Positions 45,280-53,469 of a DNA stretch of 64,000 nucleotides are shown here, in pieces; within the stretch, counting starts at the first letter, position 1, and the number at the start of each line of letters is the position of its first letter. The stretch lies in the NCBI GenBank assembly GCA_035529315.1, contig DATKWZ010000013.1, positions 17,807 to 81,806 of the forward strand, read 5' to 3'. Source of the stretch: Anaerolineae bacterium (lineage in GTDB: Bacteria; Desulfobacterota; Desulfobacteria; Desulfobacterales; ETH-SRB1). The position numbers and the translations under genes are program-made. The notes under the pieces were generated by a model, which was given only the letters and a program-made list of their open reading frames with translations, did no database searches and was not told the origin of the DNA.

Positions 45280-46668
45280 TCATGATTTTATGGAGGTTTT
45301 TTGCTCATCCATCTTATATTCATTGAGTTTATTACGGATAGTCCGCACACTTACGCCCAGGACCTCTGATGCCCTGGTCCTGTTTCCTTCCGCCTTTTCC
45401 AGAGTTTTAAATATAAGTCTTTTTTCCATCTCCTTTAACGTGGTGTCTTCCGAGGCGACCGATTCTAACGATGCTTCCGAAGATCGGCTGTGCATCTCGC
45501 CTTCTTTTTCCAGATAAAGATGTTCGGGCAGAATCCTATCTCCGCCGGCCAGCAACACCGCTCTTTCAATCACATTTTCAAGCTCCCTTACATTGCCCGG
45601 CCACTTATAATTTTCAAGTGCCTGCGCAACTTCCTTTGATAACGTGGGCCTGGGCGTCCTGCCGAGCCGGCTGTACTTTTCCAGAAAATACTCACAGAGT
45701 AACGGCACATCACACATTCTTTCCCTCAGGGGAGGAATCCTCACAGGTATAACATTCAAGCGGTAATAGAGATCTTCCCGAAACTTTTTATCCTTAATAT
45801 ATTTTTTTAAATCTGCATTTGTTGTGGCGATTATTCTAACATCTACAGGCACAGATGCCTTGCCTCCCAGCCTGTCGACTTCAGATTCCTGTATAACCCG
45901 AAGGAGCTTTGCCTGAAGCTGAACATCCATTTCACTGATTTCATCCAGCAGCAATGTCCCGCCGGCAGCCAATTCGAATTTCCCAAGCCTCATTCTGGAC
46001 GCGCCGGTAAATGCGCCCTTTTCATATCCAAACATTTCGCTCTCAAGAAGATTATGAGGGATAGCCGCACAATTTACCGCCACAAACGGCATATTCGCCC
46101 TGCTGCTGTTAAGGTGTATATACCGGGCGATTAGTTCCTTACCCGTACCGCTTTCCCCTTGTACCAGAACACTTGATTTGCTTTTTGATACACCCTTCAG
46201 CAACTCCAGAAGGGCAAGCATCCTTTTGTCCCCTGTAATAATTGTTTTTTCCCTGGACAAGCAGCCCTTTAAATCATGTTTTGATCCACCGCCCCTCCCG
46301 TTTTTTTCACCCACCACTTTTTCAACAAGAGACTCCAGATGATCTATTGAAAAGGGTTTCATAATGAAATCTGCGGCCCCTTCTTTCATAGCTTCAACTG
46401 CGGTATCGACCGTACCGTAAGCTGTTATGACAATAACGGGAGTTTTAGAGGAAACCTTTTTAATGCCACGCAGGACATCCATGCCGCCTATCCCGGGCAT
46501 CCGCATGTCTGTAATAACGACTTCAAATTTATCCTCCTGAAATTTTTCAAGGGCATCAGCGCCACTCCCCGAAACTTCGACTTTATATCCGCAACTCTCC
46601 AAGGATTCGGAAAGAGCAATCCTCATTGAGGGCTCATCGTCAACAACCAAGATCGTTTTTGTTTTCAT
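45280..46668 (-). CDS. Sigma-54-dependent response regulator of the FlrC/FleR/FlgR type
   Basis: 462 aa. REC ([13 protein letters not shown]). AAA+ GESGTGK, GAFTGA (YEKGAFTGA), [12 protein letters not shown]-terminal [21 protein letters not shown]. Lies between an HK gene and flgB. Confidence 0.9.
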   Translation of the reverse strand: MKTKTILVVDDEPSMRIALSESLESCGYKVEVSGSGADALEKFQEDKFEVVITDMRMPGIGGMDVLRGIKKVSSKTPVIVITAYGTVDTAVEAMKEGAADFIMKPFSIDHLESLVEKVVGEKNGRGGGSKHDLKGCLSREKTIITGDKRMLALLELLKGVSKSKSSVLVQGESGTGKELIARYIHLNSSRANMPFVAVNCAAIPHNLLESEMFGYEKGAFTGASRMRLGKFELAAGGTLLLDEISEMDVQLQAKLLRVIQESEVDRLGGKASVPVDVRIIATTNADLKKYIKDKKFREDLYYRLNVIPVRIPPLRERMCDVPLLCEYFLEKYSRLGRTPRPTLSKEVAQALENYKWPGNVRELENVIERAVLLAGGDRILPEHLYLEKEGEMHSRSSEASLESVASEDTTLKEMEKRLIFKTLEKAEGNRTRASEVLGVSVRTIRNKLNEYKMDEQKTSIKS

Positions 46669-46681
46669 AGTTTCTCATAAT

Positions 46682-46874
46682 TGATGAACTCGTAAAAAGT
46701 CAAAAAGTTCTCTTTCCCGTCATTCCGGCGAAAGCCGGGCACGTAGTGACACGAAGTGAAGCATCAGCGCTAACCGTTAGCGCTATCCAGTCTTTTCAAG
46801 TAGTTGCAGATCATCTGGACTCCTCCCGGACTCGATCCGTGATCTACCGGAGTGACGACTTTTTACGAATTCAT
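46682..46874. mobile_element. MITE-like element, copy A (~190 bp), exactly filling the FlrB-like/FlrC-like intergenic gap
   Basis: TIRs are TGATGAACTCGTAAAAAGTC and GACGACTTTTTACGAATTCATA. The core is gtcattccggcgaaagccg...atccagtcttttcaa..gttgcaga.catctggactcctcccggactcgatccg.gatctaccggagtgacg. Relative to copy B it carries a 47-bp insert containing the palindrome agcgctaaccgttagcgct. Confidence 0.7.
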
Positions 46875-48176
46875 AATCAATGGGAATGTAATATTAAAAA
46901 CAGCCCCACCGCCTTTATAGTTTTCTGCATCTATCGAACCGCCATGAATATCAACGATATTATGGACAATAGCAAGACCAAGGCCCGTGCCTTTCTCCTT
47001 TGTGGTAAAAAAGGGATCAAATATCTTTTTTATGTTTTTATCGGGTATTCCGAGGCCGGTGTCCATAAAACTGATTTCTACGTTTGAATTGTGAGGTTCC
47101 TTTTTTTCATCGTTGCTGTCGGAAATTTTCGTTTTAATATAGAGATTTCCTCCGCCCGGCATCGCCTGCATGGCATTCAGCATAAGATTCAAAAACACCT
47201 GCTTCAACATCTCGGCATTGCCTGTAATTACAGGATCAACATCTTCATAGTTTGTCGTAAGAATGATATTCTCTTTCCCTAAAATCTGTTCGGAAAAAAT
47301 TATAATCTCTTTAAGCACATTATGGATGCTGACCTCCTTCATCAACGGCTTTTGATCTCTTGCAAACATAAGCAGGTTGGATATTTTATTATCCATATCC
47401 TTTACAGCACTTATGATATGAGATGCCCTGTCACGATTCTTCTTCTCTTTCAGCTCCTTTATCAACAAAGAAGCAAAAAGCCCTATGCTTCCTAATGGGT
47501 TTCTTATTTCATGGGCAATGTTCGCCGCTGTTTCACCCATTGCAGCAAATTTTTCCGTCCTTTTTACCCTTTCTTCCAGCTTCTCTAAGCTTGTAATATT
47601 GCGAAGAACAACAACTCTCCCTGTTTCCTCCCCATTTTTTGATTTAACAGCAGAACCAAAGATCTCTAATATCCTTCCTTTCAGCCTTATTTTTTTCCCC
47701 AGACCACCGTCAAAATACCTTAGGTCTAAGCAGCCTTTCGGATCGGACGGGAATTCGTCTCCAAAAAGCGAATTCACATTTTTCCCCTTTACATCCTCTC
47801 TCGAAAAACCGGTAAACGCCTCGGCGCGCCGATTCATCATCGTCATTTTTCCTTCCGGATCCGCTACAATCACGCCGGTCGTAAGGCTCTCGAGGATATT
47901 CTGAAGATAGCTGCTTATCTTTTCTTTCTCTGCCAGGGCTTTTTGTAATTCAATATTTTTGGAATCCAGCTCCTTGTTTATGGCCTTAAATTTCTCTTCC
48001 AGGCCGGCAAAGGCTTTTTGCAGCCTCGCGGTTGCCCGATCAAAGCTCTCAAATGATTGTTGTAAGAACGGGTTTTCCCCTGCCTGTGCGCCATGCCTGC
48101 GGTTTCCGGTTTCCGGTTTCCGGAACCGTGAACTGTTAACTGTGCCCCCTGACCCCTTGTTTTCAATCCCCAACAT
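46863..48176 (-). CDS. PAS-domain sensor histidine kinase of the FlrB/FleS type
   Basis: 437 aa. PAS-like segment (LESLTTGVIVADPEGKMTMMNRRAEAFTGFSRED). H-box AANIAHEIRNPLGSI. N-box NLMLNAMQAM. G1 FMDTGLGI. G2 GTGLGLAIV. No TM. The first ~25 codons are repeat words. The stop codon lies inside a MITE terminal repeat. Confidence 0.9.
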   Translation of the reverse strand: MLGIENKGSGGTVNSSRFRKPETGNRRHGAQAGENPFLQQSFESFDRATARLQKAFAGLEEKFKAINKELDSKNIELQKALAEKEKISSYLQNILESLTTGVIVADPEGKMTMMNRRAEAFTGFSREDVKGKNVNSLFGDEFPSDPKGCLDLRYFDGGLGKKIRLKGRILEIFGSAVKSKNGEETGRVVVLRNITSLEKLEERVKRTEKFAAMGETAANIAHEIRNPLGSIGLFASLLIKELKEKKNRDRASHIISAVKDMDNKISNLLMFARDQKPLMKEVSIHNVLKEIIIFSEQILGKENIILTTNYEDVDPVITGNAEMLKQVFLNLMLNAMQAMPGGGNLYIKTKISDSNDEKKEPHNSNVEISFMDTGLGIPDKNIKKIFDPFFTTKEKGTGLGLAIVHNIVDIHGGSIDAENYKGGGAVFNITFPLIMNS

Positions 48177-50625
48177 ATTTCTCGTATTTCTCTGCCCAGT
48201 TTTTATCTGCCAGGTAATAATCCACTACTCTCGGCCAGAATTCATCGCCAATTTCCCCTTTTAATGAGATGAAGGATTTATCAGTCATAGGCTTATTGCT
48301 CAGATTTGCGTATCCCCGCCCTATATTGAAAAGGGTCCACATGTTTTGTTTGCCTTCAGAAACGCCGTCCCCGGACTTCATTAGGGACTGTTCATACATC
48401 AAAATCGCCTGCTGATATTTCCCTTTATTATACAAACAATCTGCTAAGCCCTCATAAGAATCCATAATCACAGGAGCGGAACATTTTTGCAAGTCGCCGC
48501 AGTTTTTCAGAACCCTATTATAATTTATCAGGGCGGATGAATACAGCCCCATCCCTTTCAGTGAATCAGCATATTTTTTACGGATAGCCGCACCATCCTC
48601 AACCCCTGTTTCGGAACCCAGAGCTTTCGAATAAAAGCCGGCCGCCTCTTTTAAAAGACCCTCTTTGTAAGAAATATCCCCAAGCAGCTTTGTGGCGGCA
48701 ATCGCTATGCTCTTATCCACCCCAGAGTAATTCTCGTGCAGCCCCTCTAATCTCTTTTTCGCCTCTTCATAAGAACCCCTGGCATAATCAATTTTCGCCA
48801 TCTCAAGCAAAAGCCCGCTTGCCCTTTTATTCTTACCGAATACACCTGTCATTTTCCCGAAAAATCCGGCGGCATCTTCTAACAGGCCCATTTCCTTCAG
48901 ACTGCTCCCAATTTTGAATAACATATCAAAATCGCCATTTTTGAACAAAAGGTCTTTGTCGGAATTAAAATATACATCTGAAACAGCGATATAGTCTTTC
49001 TTTGAATAATGATCGTCAATCAGGCGGCCGGCGCTCAATATAAGTTTTTTCTCACCTTCTTTTCTATGCGTTCCGTAAGGAAATCTACCCAGCAGGGAAC
49101 GGTAGTTATCAAACGATTCCTGATACTTTTTCCCTTTTATCAGGGCCTCTCCCTTACGGAACATCAACTCTTCCTCCATATCAAGACCGGAAAGTTTTCC
49201 AGTCATTTTTTCATATGTCTTGATGGGAGCCGCGTAATAATCCATCCCTGCAAGGATATATGCCGGTAATTTTATTTCCGGATCTTTAACCCCGATATTC
49301 GCCATAATGATTGCGCTCTCCCGAGCTTCCACACTGCCGGGATACCGTTCAACCACCAGGCTCAGCGCCTTAAGCGCGCTGCGCAATTGCCCCATTGCCT
49401 CAAAGGAACGGGCAATCTTATAAAGGGTGCCGCTGCAATGTTTACCATCTGGGAACAGATTCACATAAACAAAGAAAAATTCCAGAGCATTATCATATTT
49501 TCCGGTTTGAAAATAATGTGCTCCCAGGTTCAAAAGAGTATCTTCCGGAATATTTTCCAGCGCAGGCCACTTTTCCAAAGCATTACCATACCAGATGTCA
49601 GCGTCATTAAATTGGCGCATCTGAGAATAGCAATTCCCAACAGCAAAATACGCGTCTCCGGCATGTTTGCCGTCTGGAAATCTTTTTATGTATTCTTTAA
49701 ACTTCTCGATTGCTTCGCTAAATTTCTTTGTTTTGTAATACATTTTGCCGGCCATGTATAAAGATTCCGGAGCGTAGTCTGATTCAGGATATTTTGAATA
49801 TAGATTTTTAAATTCCATTAACGCTTCGTAATAAAAAGTTAAGCGGCTGTAACTTTCAGCAAGCCTGTAAGTGGCCTGCGCATTTTCCTTCTTTGAGCCT
49901 GGATAGTTTTGGATGATCTCTCTATATTGATCAATAGCTTCTGAAGCATGTTGTTTATCCCCGTTTTCCCCTAAAAAGTAGTGACAATCAGCTATACGCC
50001 TCATCGCGGTTTCATTCTTTTTAGTTTTAACCATCTCTTTGAATTTGATTAAAGCGTTTTTGTATCTTCCTGATGTAAAATCGCTCATAGCGCCGTCATA
50101 CAGATCCGTGTCCGCCTTCGGGCTTGGATCCACCTTGTCTTTATGAGTTTTATGAGACAGCGCAATTTCTTCTGTGTTCAGTGCATCGGTTTTCGTCTTC
50201 TTCGTGTTCCCGCCAGGCGCGGCTGTTTTATTTTCAGGCTTAGTCTTTAATACTATAGGTTTAGTCTTTAATACTATAAAATCCTTAAACATCCCCTTTT
50301 CTACCAGCTTTTCCCCAGCTTCCAATGCCTCGCCGATACTCTTATACCTCCCTATAAAAACACGACGCCATTCCCCTTTGTTCGGAATGTTCACTGTTTC
50401 ACAGAAAGAATCATACCCCTGAGTTTTCAGGCTGTAGCTCAGCGCTGCGGCGTCATTAAAGTTTTTATCCGAAGCCACATGAACACTGTAATATTCATCT
50501 TCAGCTTCTCCGCAGGAACCTCCTAAACCTGACAAAAAAACCAACAATGCCGCTAAAATAAGAATTATAAAAAATTTGACGCGCAACATCTCTGATCTAA
50601 AAAAAATCATCTTTGACAATCTCAT
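48163..50625 (-). CDS. Large envelope protein: signal/lipoprotein-like N-terminus + SPOR domain + more than 10 TPR-like repeats
   Basis: 820 aa. FIILILAALLVFLSGLGGSCG. SPOR-like YYSVHVASDKNFNDAAALSYSLKTQGYDSFCETVNIPNKGEWRRVFIGRYKSIGEALEAGEKL. Many A-x-Y-x-L-G/A-x-x-Y TPR signatures (e.g. GDAYFAVGNCYSQMRQFNDADIWYGNALEKWP). The stop overlaps the HK start by 14 nt. The start could instead be ATG 50589. Confidence 0.8.
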   Translation of the reverse strand: MRLSKMIFFRSEMLRVKFFIILILAALLVFLSGLGGSCGEAEDEYYSVHVASDKNFNDAAALSYSLKTQGYDSFCETVNIPNKGEWRRVFIGRYKSIGEALEAGEKLVEKGMFKDFIVLKTKPIVLKTKPENKTAAPGGNTKKTKTDALNTEEIALSHKTHKDKVDPSPKADTDLYDGAMSDFTSGRYKNALIKFKEMVKTKKNETAMRRIADCHYFLGENGDKQHASEAIDQYREIIQNYPGSKKENAQATYRLAESYSRLTFYYEALMEFKNLYSKYPESDYAPESLYMAGKMYYKTKKFSEAIEKFKEYIKRFPDGKHAGDAYFAVGNCYSQMRQFNDADIWYGNALEKWPALENIPEDTLLNLGAHYFQTGKYDNALEFFFVYVNLFPDGKHCSGTLYKIARSFEAMGQLRSALKALSLVVERYPGSVEARESAIIMANIGVKDPEIKLPAYILAGMDYYAAPIKTYEKMTGKLSGLDMEEELMFRKGEALIKGKKYQESFDNYRSLLGRFPYGTHRKEGEKKLILSAGRLIDDHYSKKDYIAVSDVYFNSDKDLLFKNGDFDMLFKIGSSLKEMGLLEDAAGFFGKMTGVFGKNKRASGLLLEMAKIDYARGSYEEAKKRLEGLHENYSGVDKSIAIAATKLLGDISYKEGLLKEAAGFYSKALGSETGVEDGAAIRKKYADSLKGMGLYSSALINYNRVLKNCGDLQKCSAPVIMDSYEGLADCLYNKGKYQQAILMYEQSLMKSGDGVSEGKQNMWTLFNIGRGYANLSNKPMTDKSFISLKGEIGDEFWPRVVDYYLADKNWAEKYEKYVGD
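50237..50278. repeat. 21-bp tandem duplication inside the SPOR/TPR gene
   Basis: ggcttagtctttaatactata / ggtttagtctttaatactata. Encodes (F/P)IVLKTK twice, directly after the SPOR domain. Confidence 0.9.
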
Positions 50626-50683
50626 AAAAAGGTAAGGACTCTGTTCGCTTTATTGCGAATTCAGGGATTCGCTGTATACAAAA

Positions 50684-50698
50684 GCAATTTATATGCCA
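50684..50698 (-). promoter_or_regulatory. Sigma-54 promoter for the SPOR/TPR-FlrB-FlrC-like operon
   Basis: The minus strand reads TGGCAT-ataaa-TTGCT, 60-95 nt upstream of the candidate starts (50625 or 50589). Confidence 0.7.
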
Positions 50699-50706
50699 TG
50701 CATCTT

Positions 50707-50856
50707 TGATAAGCTCGTAAAAAGTCCCAAAACACCGTTTTCCGTCATTCCGGCGAAAGCCGTAATCCAGTCTTTTCAATCAGTTGCAGACCATCTGGAC
50801 TCCTCCCGGACTCGATCCGGGATCTACCGGAGTGACGACTTTTTACAAGTTTATCA
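50707..50856. mobile_element. MITE-like element, copy B (~150 bp)
   Basis: Same TIRs (TGATAAGCTCGTAAAAAGTC ... GACGACTTTTTACAAGTTTATCA). The core is ~90% identical to copy A over ~100 bp. Lies just upstream of the sigma-54 promoter at 50684-50698. Confidence 0.7.
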
Positions 50857-50891
50857 TCCTTGACTGTTTTCTGAACCGCAAAAGCGAGCGC

Positions 50892-50981
50892 ATTCCCCGC
50901 TGCTTGCGGCGGGGTTAGCGAGCGAATCCAAAAATAGCAAACATCCTTACGGTCGAAGATTCCCCGCTGCTTGCGGCGGGG
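50892..50981. repeat. Two copies of a 23-bp palindromic repeat, 67 bp apart
   Basis: attccccgctgcttgcggcgggg at 50892-50914 and 50959-50981. Each can fold as CCCCGC...GCGGGG. The spacer is 44 bp. Only two units are present. Confidence 0.8.
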
Positions 50982-51037
50982 AGCTTCAATCTGATTAAAA
51001 ATTATGGGCATTCTCCGGCGGAAACATAAAAATTGTC

Positions 51038-51064
51038 TAAAGTTCTAAATCTTTTCGCCGATAA
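51038..51064 (+). promoter_or_regulatory. Sigma-28 promoter for the small ORF (and possibly the PilZ gene)
   Basis: The plus strand reads TAAAGTTC-N11-GCCGATAA (TAAA-N15-GCCGATAA), 20 nt upstream of GTG 51085. Confidence 0.8.
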
Positions 51065-51084
51065 GAATTAAGTAGAGGTGTGCC

Positions 51085-51297
51085 GTGACAATATCAACCT
51101 ATCAAATCGAAAGCGTTCTTAAAGCATATAGCAAGCAAGTCAGAGTGGAAAACAGGATACAGCATAAACCTAAAAGCTTAAACAAATATGCCGATATTGT
51201 AACCCTGTCATCTGAAGACAATAAAAAAGAAGCTTTTGACAAAATTTCATACAGCCTCATAGATATCCTGCAAAAAGCAAACAATCCGCTTAAATAA
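51085..51297 (+). CDS. Small hypothetical protein (70 aa) behind a near-consensus sigma-28 promoter
   Basis: GTG start 4 nt after GAGGTG. (M)TISTYQIESVLKAYSKQVRVENRIQHK... I recognise no domain. Coding status rests on the promoter and SD context only. Confidence 0.45.
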   Translation: MTISTYQIESVLKAYSKQVRVENRIQHKPKSLNKYADIVTLSSEDNKKEAFDKISYSLIDILQKANNPLK

Positions 51298-51339
51298 TAA
51301 CAGGCAAGAATATCCCCCGATCCACAACCGGTGCAATTC

Positions 51340-51355
51340 TGGCACAGAAAATGCA
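51340..51355 (+). promoter_or_regulatory. Weak sigma-54-type promoter candidate upstream of the PilZ gene
   Basis: The plus strand reads TGGCAC-agaaa-ATGCA, with one mismatch in the -12 element. Confidence 0.35.
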
Positions 51356-51405
51356 TTTGCCTGAATTCATCTCTATCAATAAAGAGACACAATCTAAAAA
51401 TGATG

Positions 51406-51455
51406 AACTCGTAAAAAGTTGAAAACCACTTTTTGCAAAACTTGAGTTCTCACAA
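51406..51455. mobile_element. Miniature or solo-TIR derivative of the same family
   Basis: TGATGAACTCGTAAAAAGT followed by a degenerate inverted partner (ttgcaaaacttgagttctca). Confidence 0.35.
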
Positions 51456-51617
51456 CTGAGCCTTTTGCTTTTATGTTTTGATCAACCGTTAACTGTAAAC
51501 CGTGAACCGTTATCGGATAAAGCAATTGTCATTAAGCTTGACGTAGATGACAAAAAAATGACGCTTACTGTTGGAACGGTCGTTTGCGGTTCAAAAAAAA
51601 TAAGTGGGGGTGGTATA

Positions 51618-52238
51618 ATGATTGATGATTTAAAAAATTTTTCAGAAGTTAAACCGGTCGTGACAAACCATATAAAAAACGTAAAAGTAGATGACGTTCG
51701 AAATCGAGAACACGTAAGAGTAGATGACGTGCTCAAGGTTGATTACCGGAAGATTCCGCAGAAAGACTATGAGACGTGCAAAGACGACCCGGAAATTATT
51801 TTTGAAAATACTTTTGGCAAACCCTTTGAAGTGCCTAAAATTGAGAATGTTAGCTTAGAATTGCTCTACAAGCTTATATATCAGGCAAACCTGAAAATAG
51901 ACCGTATTTTAAACATACTGGAAAGCAAAAATACTGAGAAATATGAATCTGTGAGCGGTGAATATGTGAATATTAGTGGTTCCGGAATGAGATTCATCGC
52001 AAACCAGAGTTTTTCGATCAACGATATTATTGCGCTTAGAGTTTTTATTCCTTTAGTCTCCAAGACGTGGATAAATATACTTGGAAAAGTAGTCTCAATT
52101 ACAGAATCAGAGTCAGCAAATAAATACGATATTGCTGTTAAATTTGAAGAACTCTCTGAAAGCGACAGGGAAATTATCATAGGATATGTGTTTAAAAGGC
52201 AGAGAGAACTCCTGAGACGCAGCTCAAAACGCCCTTAA
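51618..52238 (+). CDS. PilZ-domain protein (putative c-di-GMP effector)
   Basis: ~206 aa from ATG 51618 (GGGGGTGG upstream). RxxxR motif in VRNREHVRV and (D/N)xSxxG motif NISGSG, separated by ~84 aa instead of the usual ~20-30. The longer track ORF (from 51465) starts inside repeat words. The stop overlaps the flaG stop (TTAA). Confidence 0.7.
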   Translation: MIDDLKNFSEVKPVVTNHIKNVKVDDVRNREHVRVDDVLKVDYRKIPQKDYETCKDDPEIIFENTFGKPFEVPKIENVSLELLYKLIYQANLKIDRILNILESKNTEKYESVSGEYVNISGSGMRFIANQSFSINDIIALRVFIPLVSKTWINILGKVVSITESESANKYDIAVKFEELSESDREIIIGYVFKRQRELLRRSSKRP

Positions 52239-52594
52239 ACCATTCCATTAAAAAGCATGCCGGCAAGTTCTTCCATCTTTACTTGCAATTGCTGCAGTTC
52301 TTCAGGCGGGATTTCACGGATCAACCTTCCTGTTTCTTTTTCAGACACGGTAACTGCGGTTTTGCTATTTTTTTCTCCATATGTGGAAAAGGCTATGTTT
52401 ATATTCATCCTGTCCACATATCCCTGGAGTTTTTCCGTTAACTCTCTTACCTGTTGATTGTCAAGATGTTCGCTTGTACCGGATCCAGATGTTTTTACGC
52501 GGTCTTCTTCTTCTTCTGCGCTCCGAATCTTGGAAACAATGGCCGGATTCCCCTGTATATTCAAGGACTCCGAGTCAATTCTATTGATATCCAT
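52235..52594 (-). CDS. flaG: Flagellar protein FlaG
   Basis: 119 aa. LQGYVDRMNINIAFSTYGEKNSKTAVTVSEKETGRLIREIPPEELQQL is a typical FlaG pattern. Confidence 0.85.
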   Translation of the reverse strand: MDINRIDSESLNIQGNPAIVSKIRSAEEEEDRVKTSGSGTSEHLDNQQVRELTEKLQGYVDRMNINIAFSTYGEKNSKTAVTVSEKETGRLIREIPPEELQQLQVKMEELAGMLFNGMV

Positions 52595-52734
52595 TTAATA
52601 CCTCCTCTCTGCTATCATCCTTTTCAGGGCTGATTCCCCTGTCGGCCTTGATTCTATAGGCATTGATCAGCATAGTTATTTACGCGATCCAGGCCCTAAC
52701 GAGTCTTCTTTGACAGCCTGTCTTTTAAATCCTT

Positions 52735-53175
52735 TTAATACGCTCCAGCAGCTCTTGAATCCGCGGATTTTTTCTGACCGGTGTCATGGCTAAAACTGAA
52801 ATTTTCAGGAATGCGGAATATCTCCTTCCATGCTGATTCAAGTTCACTAAGCATCAGAATTACCTCATCAAGGGCTTTCACGTCCTTTTTTACATCCCCC
52901 TCGATTATGCGGCGCAGCATATAATTGTATAGGGATTCGAGATTCCCGGCTATTTTTCCACCCTTTTCGAAATCAAGCGCCACAATCAATTCGCTTATAA
53001 TATTCTGCGCCTTTTGGATAGTCTTGGCTTTTGCTTCATACTCTCCGGAAATATAATTTTTCCTTGCGGTCTTCAGGCTGCTGATCGCCCCCTCGTAACA
53101 CATTAATACCAGTCTTCCGGGGGTCGCCGTTGTCACACTTGTCTGCCTGTAGGCATTAATTCCATTCCCATACAT
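52735..53175 (-). CDS. fliS: Flagellin-specific chaperone FliS
   Basis: 146 aa. YRQTSVTTATPGRLVLMCYEGAISSL ... NLESLYNYMLRRIIEG. Confidence 0.9.
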   Translation of the reverse strand: MYGNGINAYRQTSVTTATPGRLVLMCYEGAISSLKTARKNYISGEYEAKAKTIQKAQNIISELIVALDFEKGGKIAGNLESLYNYMLRRIIEGDVKKDVKALDEVILMLSELESAWKEIFRIPENFSFSHDTGQKKSADSRAAGAY

Positions 53176-53279
53176 GAAAGCATGTCCTCCTTGTTAATTT
53201 AGTTCGCTTTGCTCACAACCGGCCGGGTTGTAAATATCCCATGCAAGTAATTCATAACTTATCTGGTTGTCTAGTATAA

Positions 53280-53307
53280 TTATCGGAAATCTTTTCTTAA
53301 AACTTTA
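53280..53307 (-). promoter_or_regulatory. Sigma-28-type promoter for fliS-flaG
   Basis: The minus strand reads TAAAGTTT-N12-TCCGATAA, ~105 nt upstream of the fliS ATG. Confidence 0.75.
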
Positions 53308-53469
53308 GATAAAAATAACTTTAAATACGATTCTGTTATGTTATACTGTTTCTCAAAAATATGTTATGTTTCAAAATGAGTTTTTGCGGTTCAAGTTTTA
53401 CAGGAACAGCGCCGAATAAAACAATCAACCAAAGCTTTGGACTGTTGAGAAACTAAAAAGACAATAATT

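Noticed and set aside
50892-50981. Possible minimal CRISPR array (23-bp palindromic repeat x2 with a 44-bp spacer)
   Set aside because: There are only two units. There are no cas genes or leader in the window. The repeat is shorter than typical CRISPR repeats and sits among other REP/MITE-like sequences. I report it as a plain repeat. A genome-wide search for the repeat and for cas genes would settle it.
50745-51011. 88-aa minus-strand ORF upstream of the SPOR/TPR gene
   Set aside because: It is composed of the MITE copy B and the two palindromic 23-bp repeats. Its translation (RRKQRGIF...PPQAAGNALAF) is typical repeat read-through with no start context.
53391-53418. Sigma-28-like motif TCAA-N16-GCCGAATA upstream of the cyclase gene
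   Set aside because: It has three mismatches, including two in the -10 core. I did not call it a promoter. It is still worth checking by TSS mapping, because it would put the cyclase in the FliA regulon.
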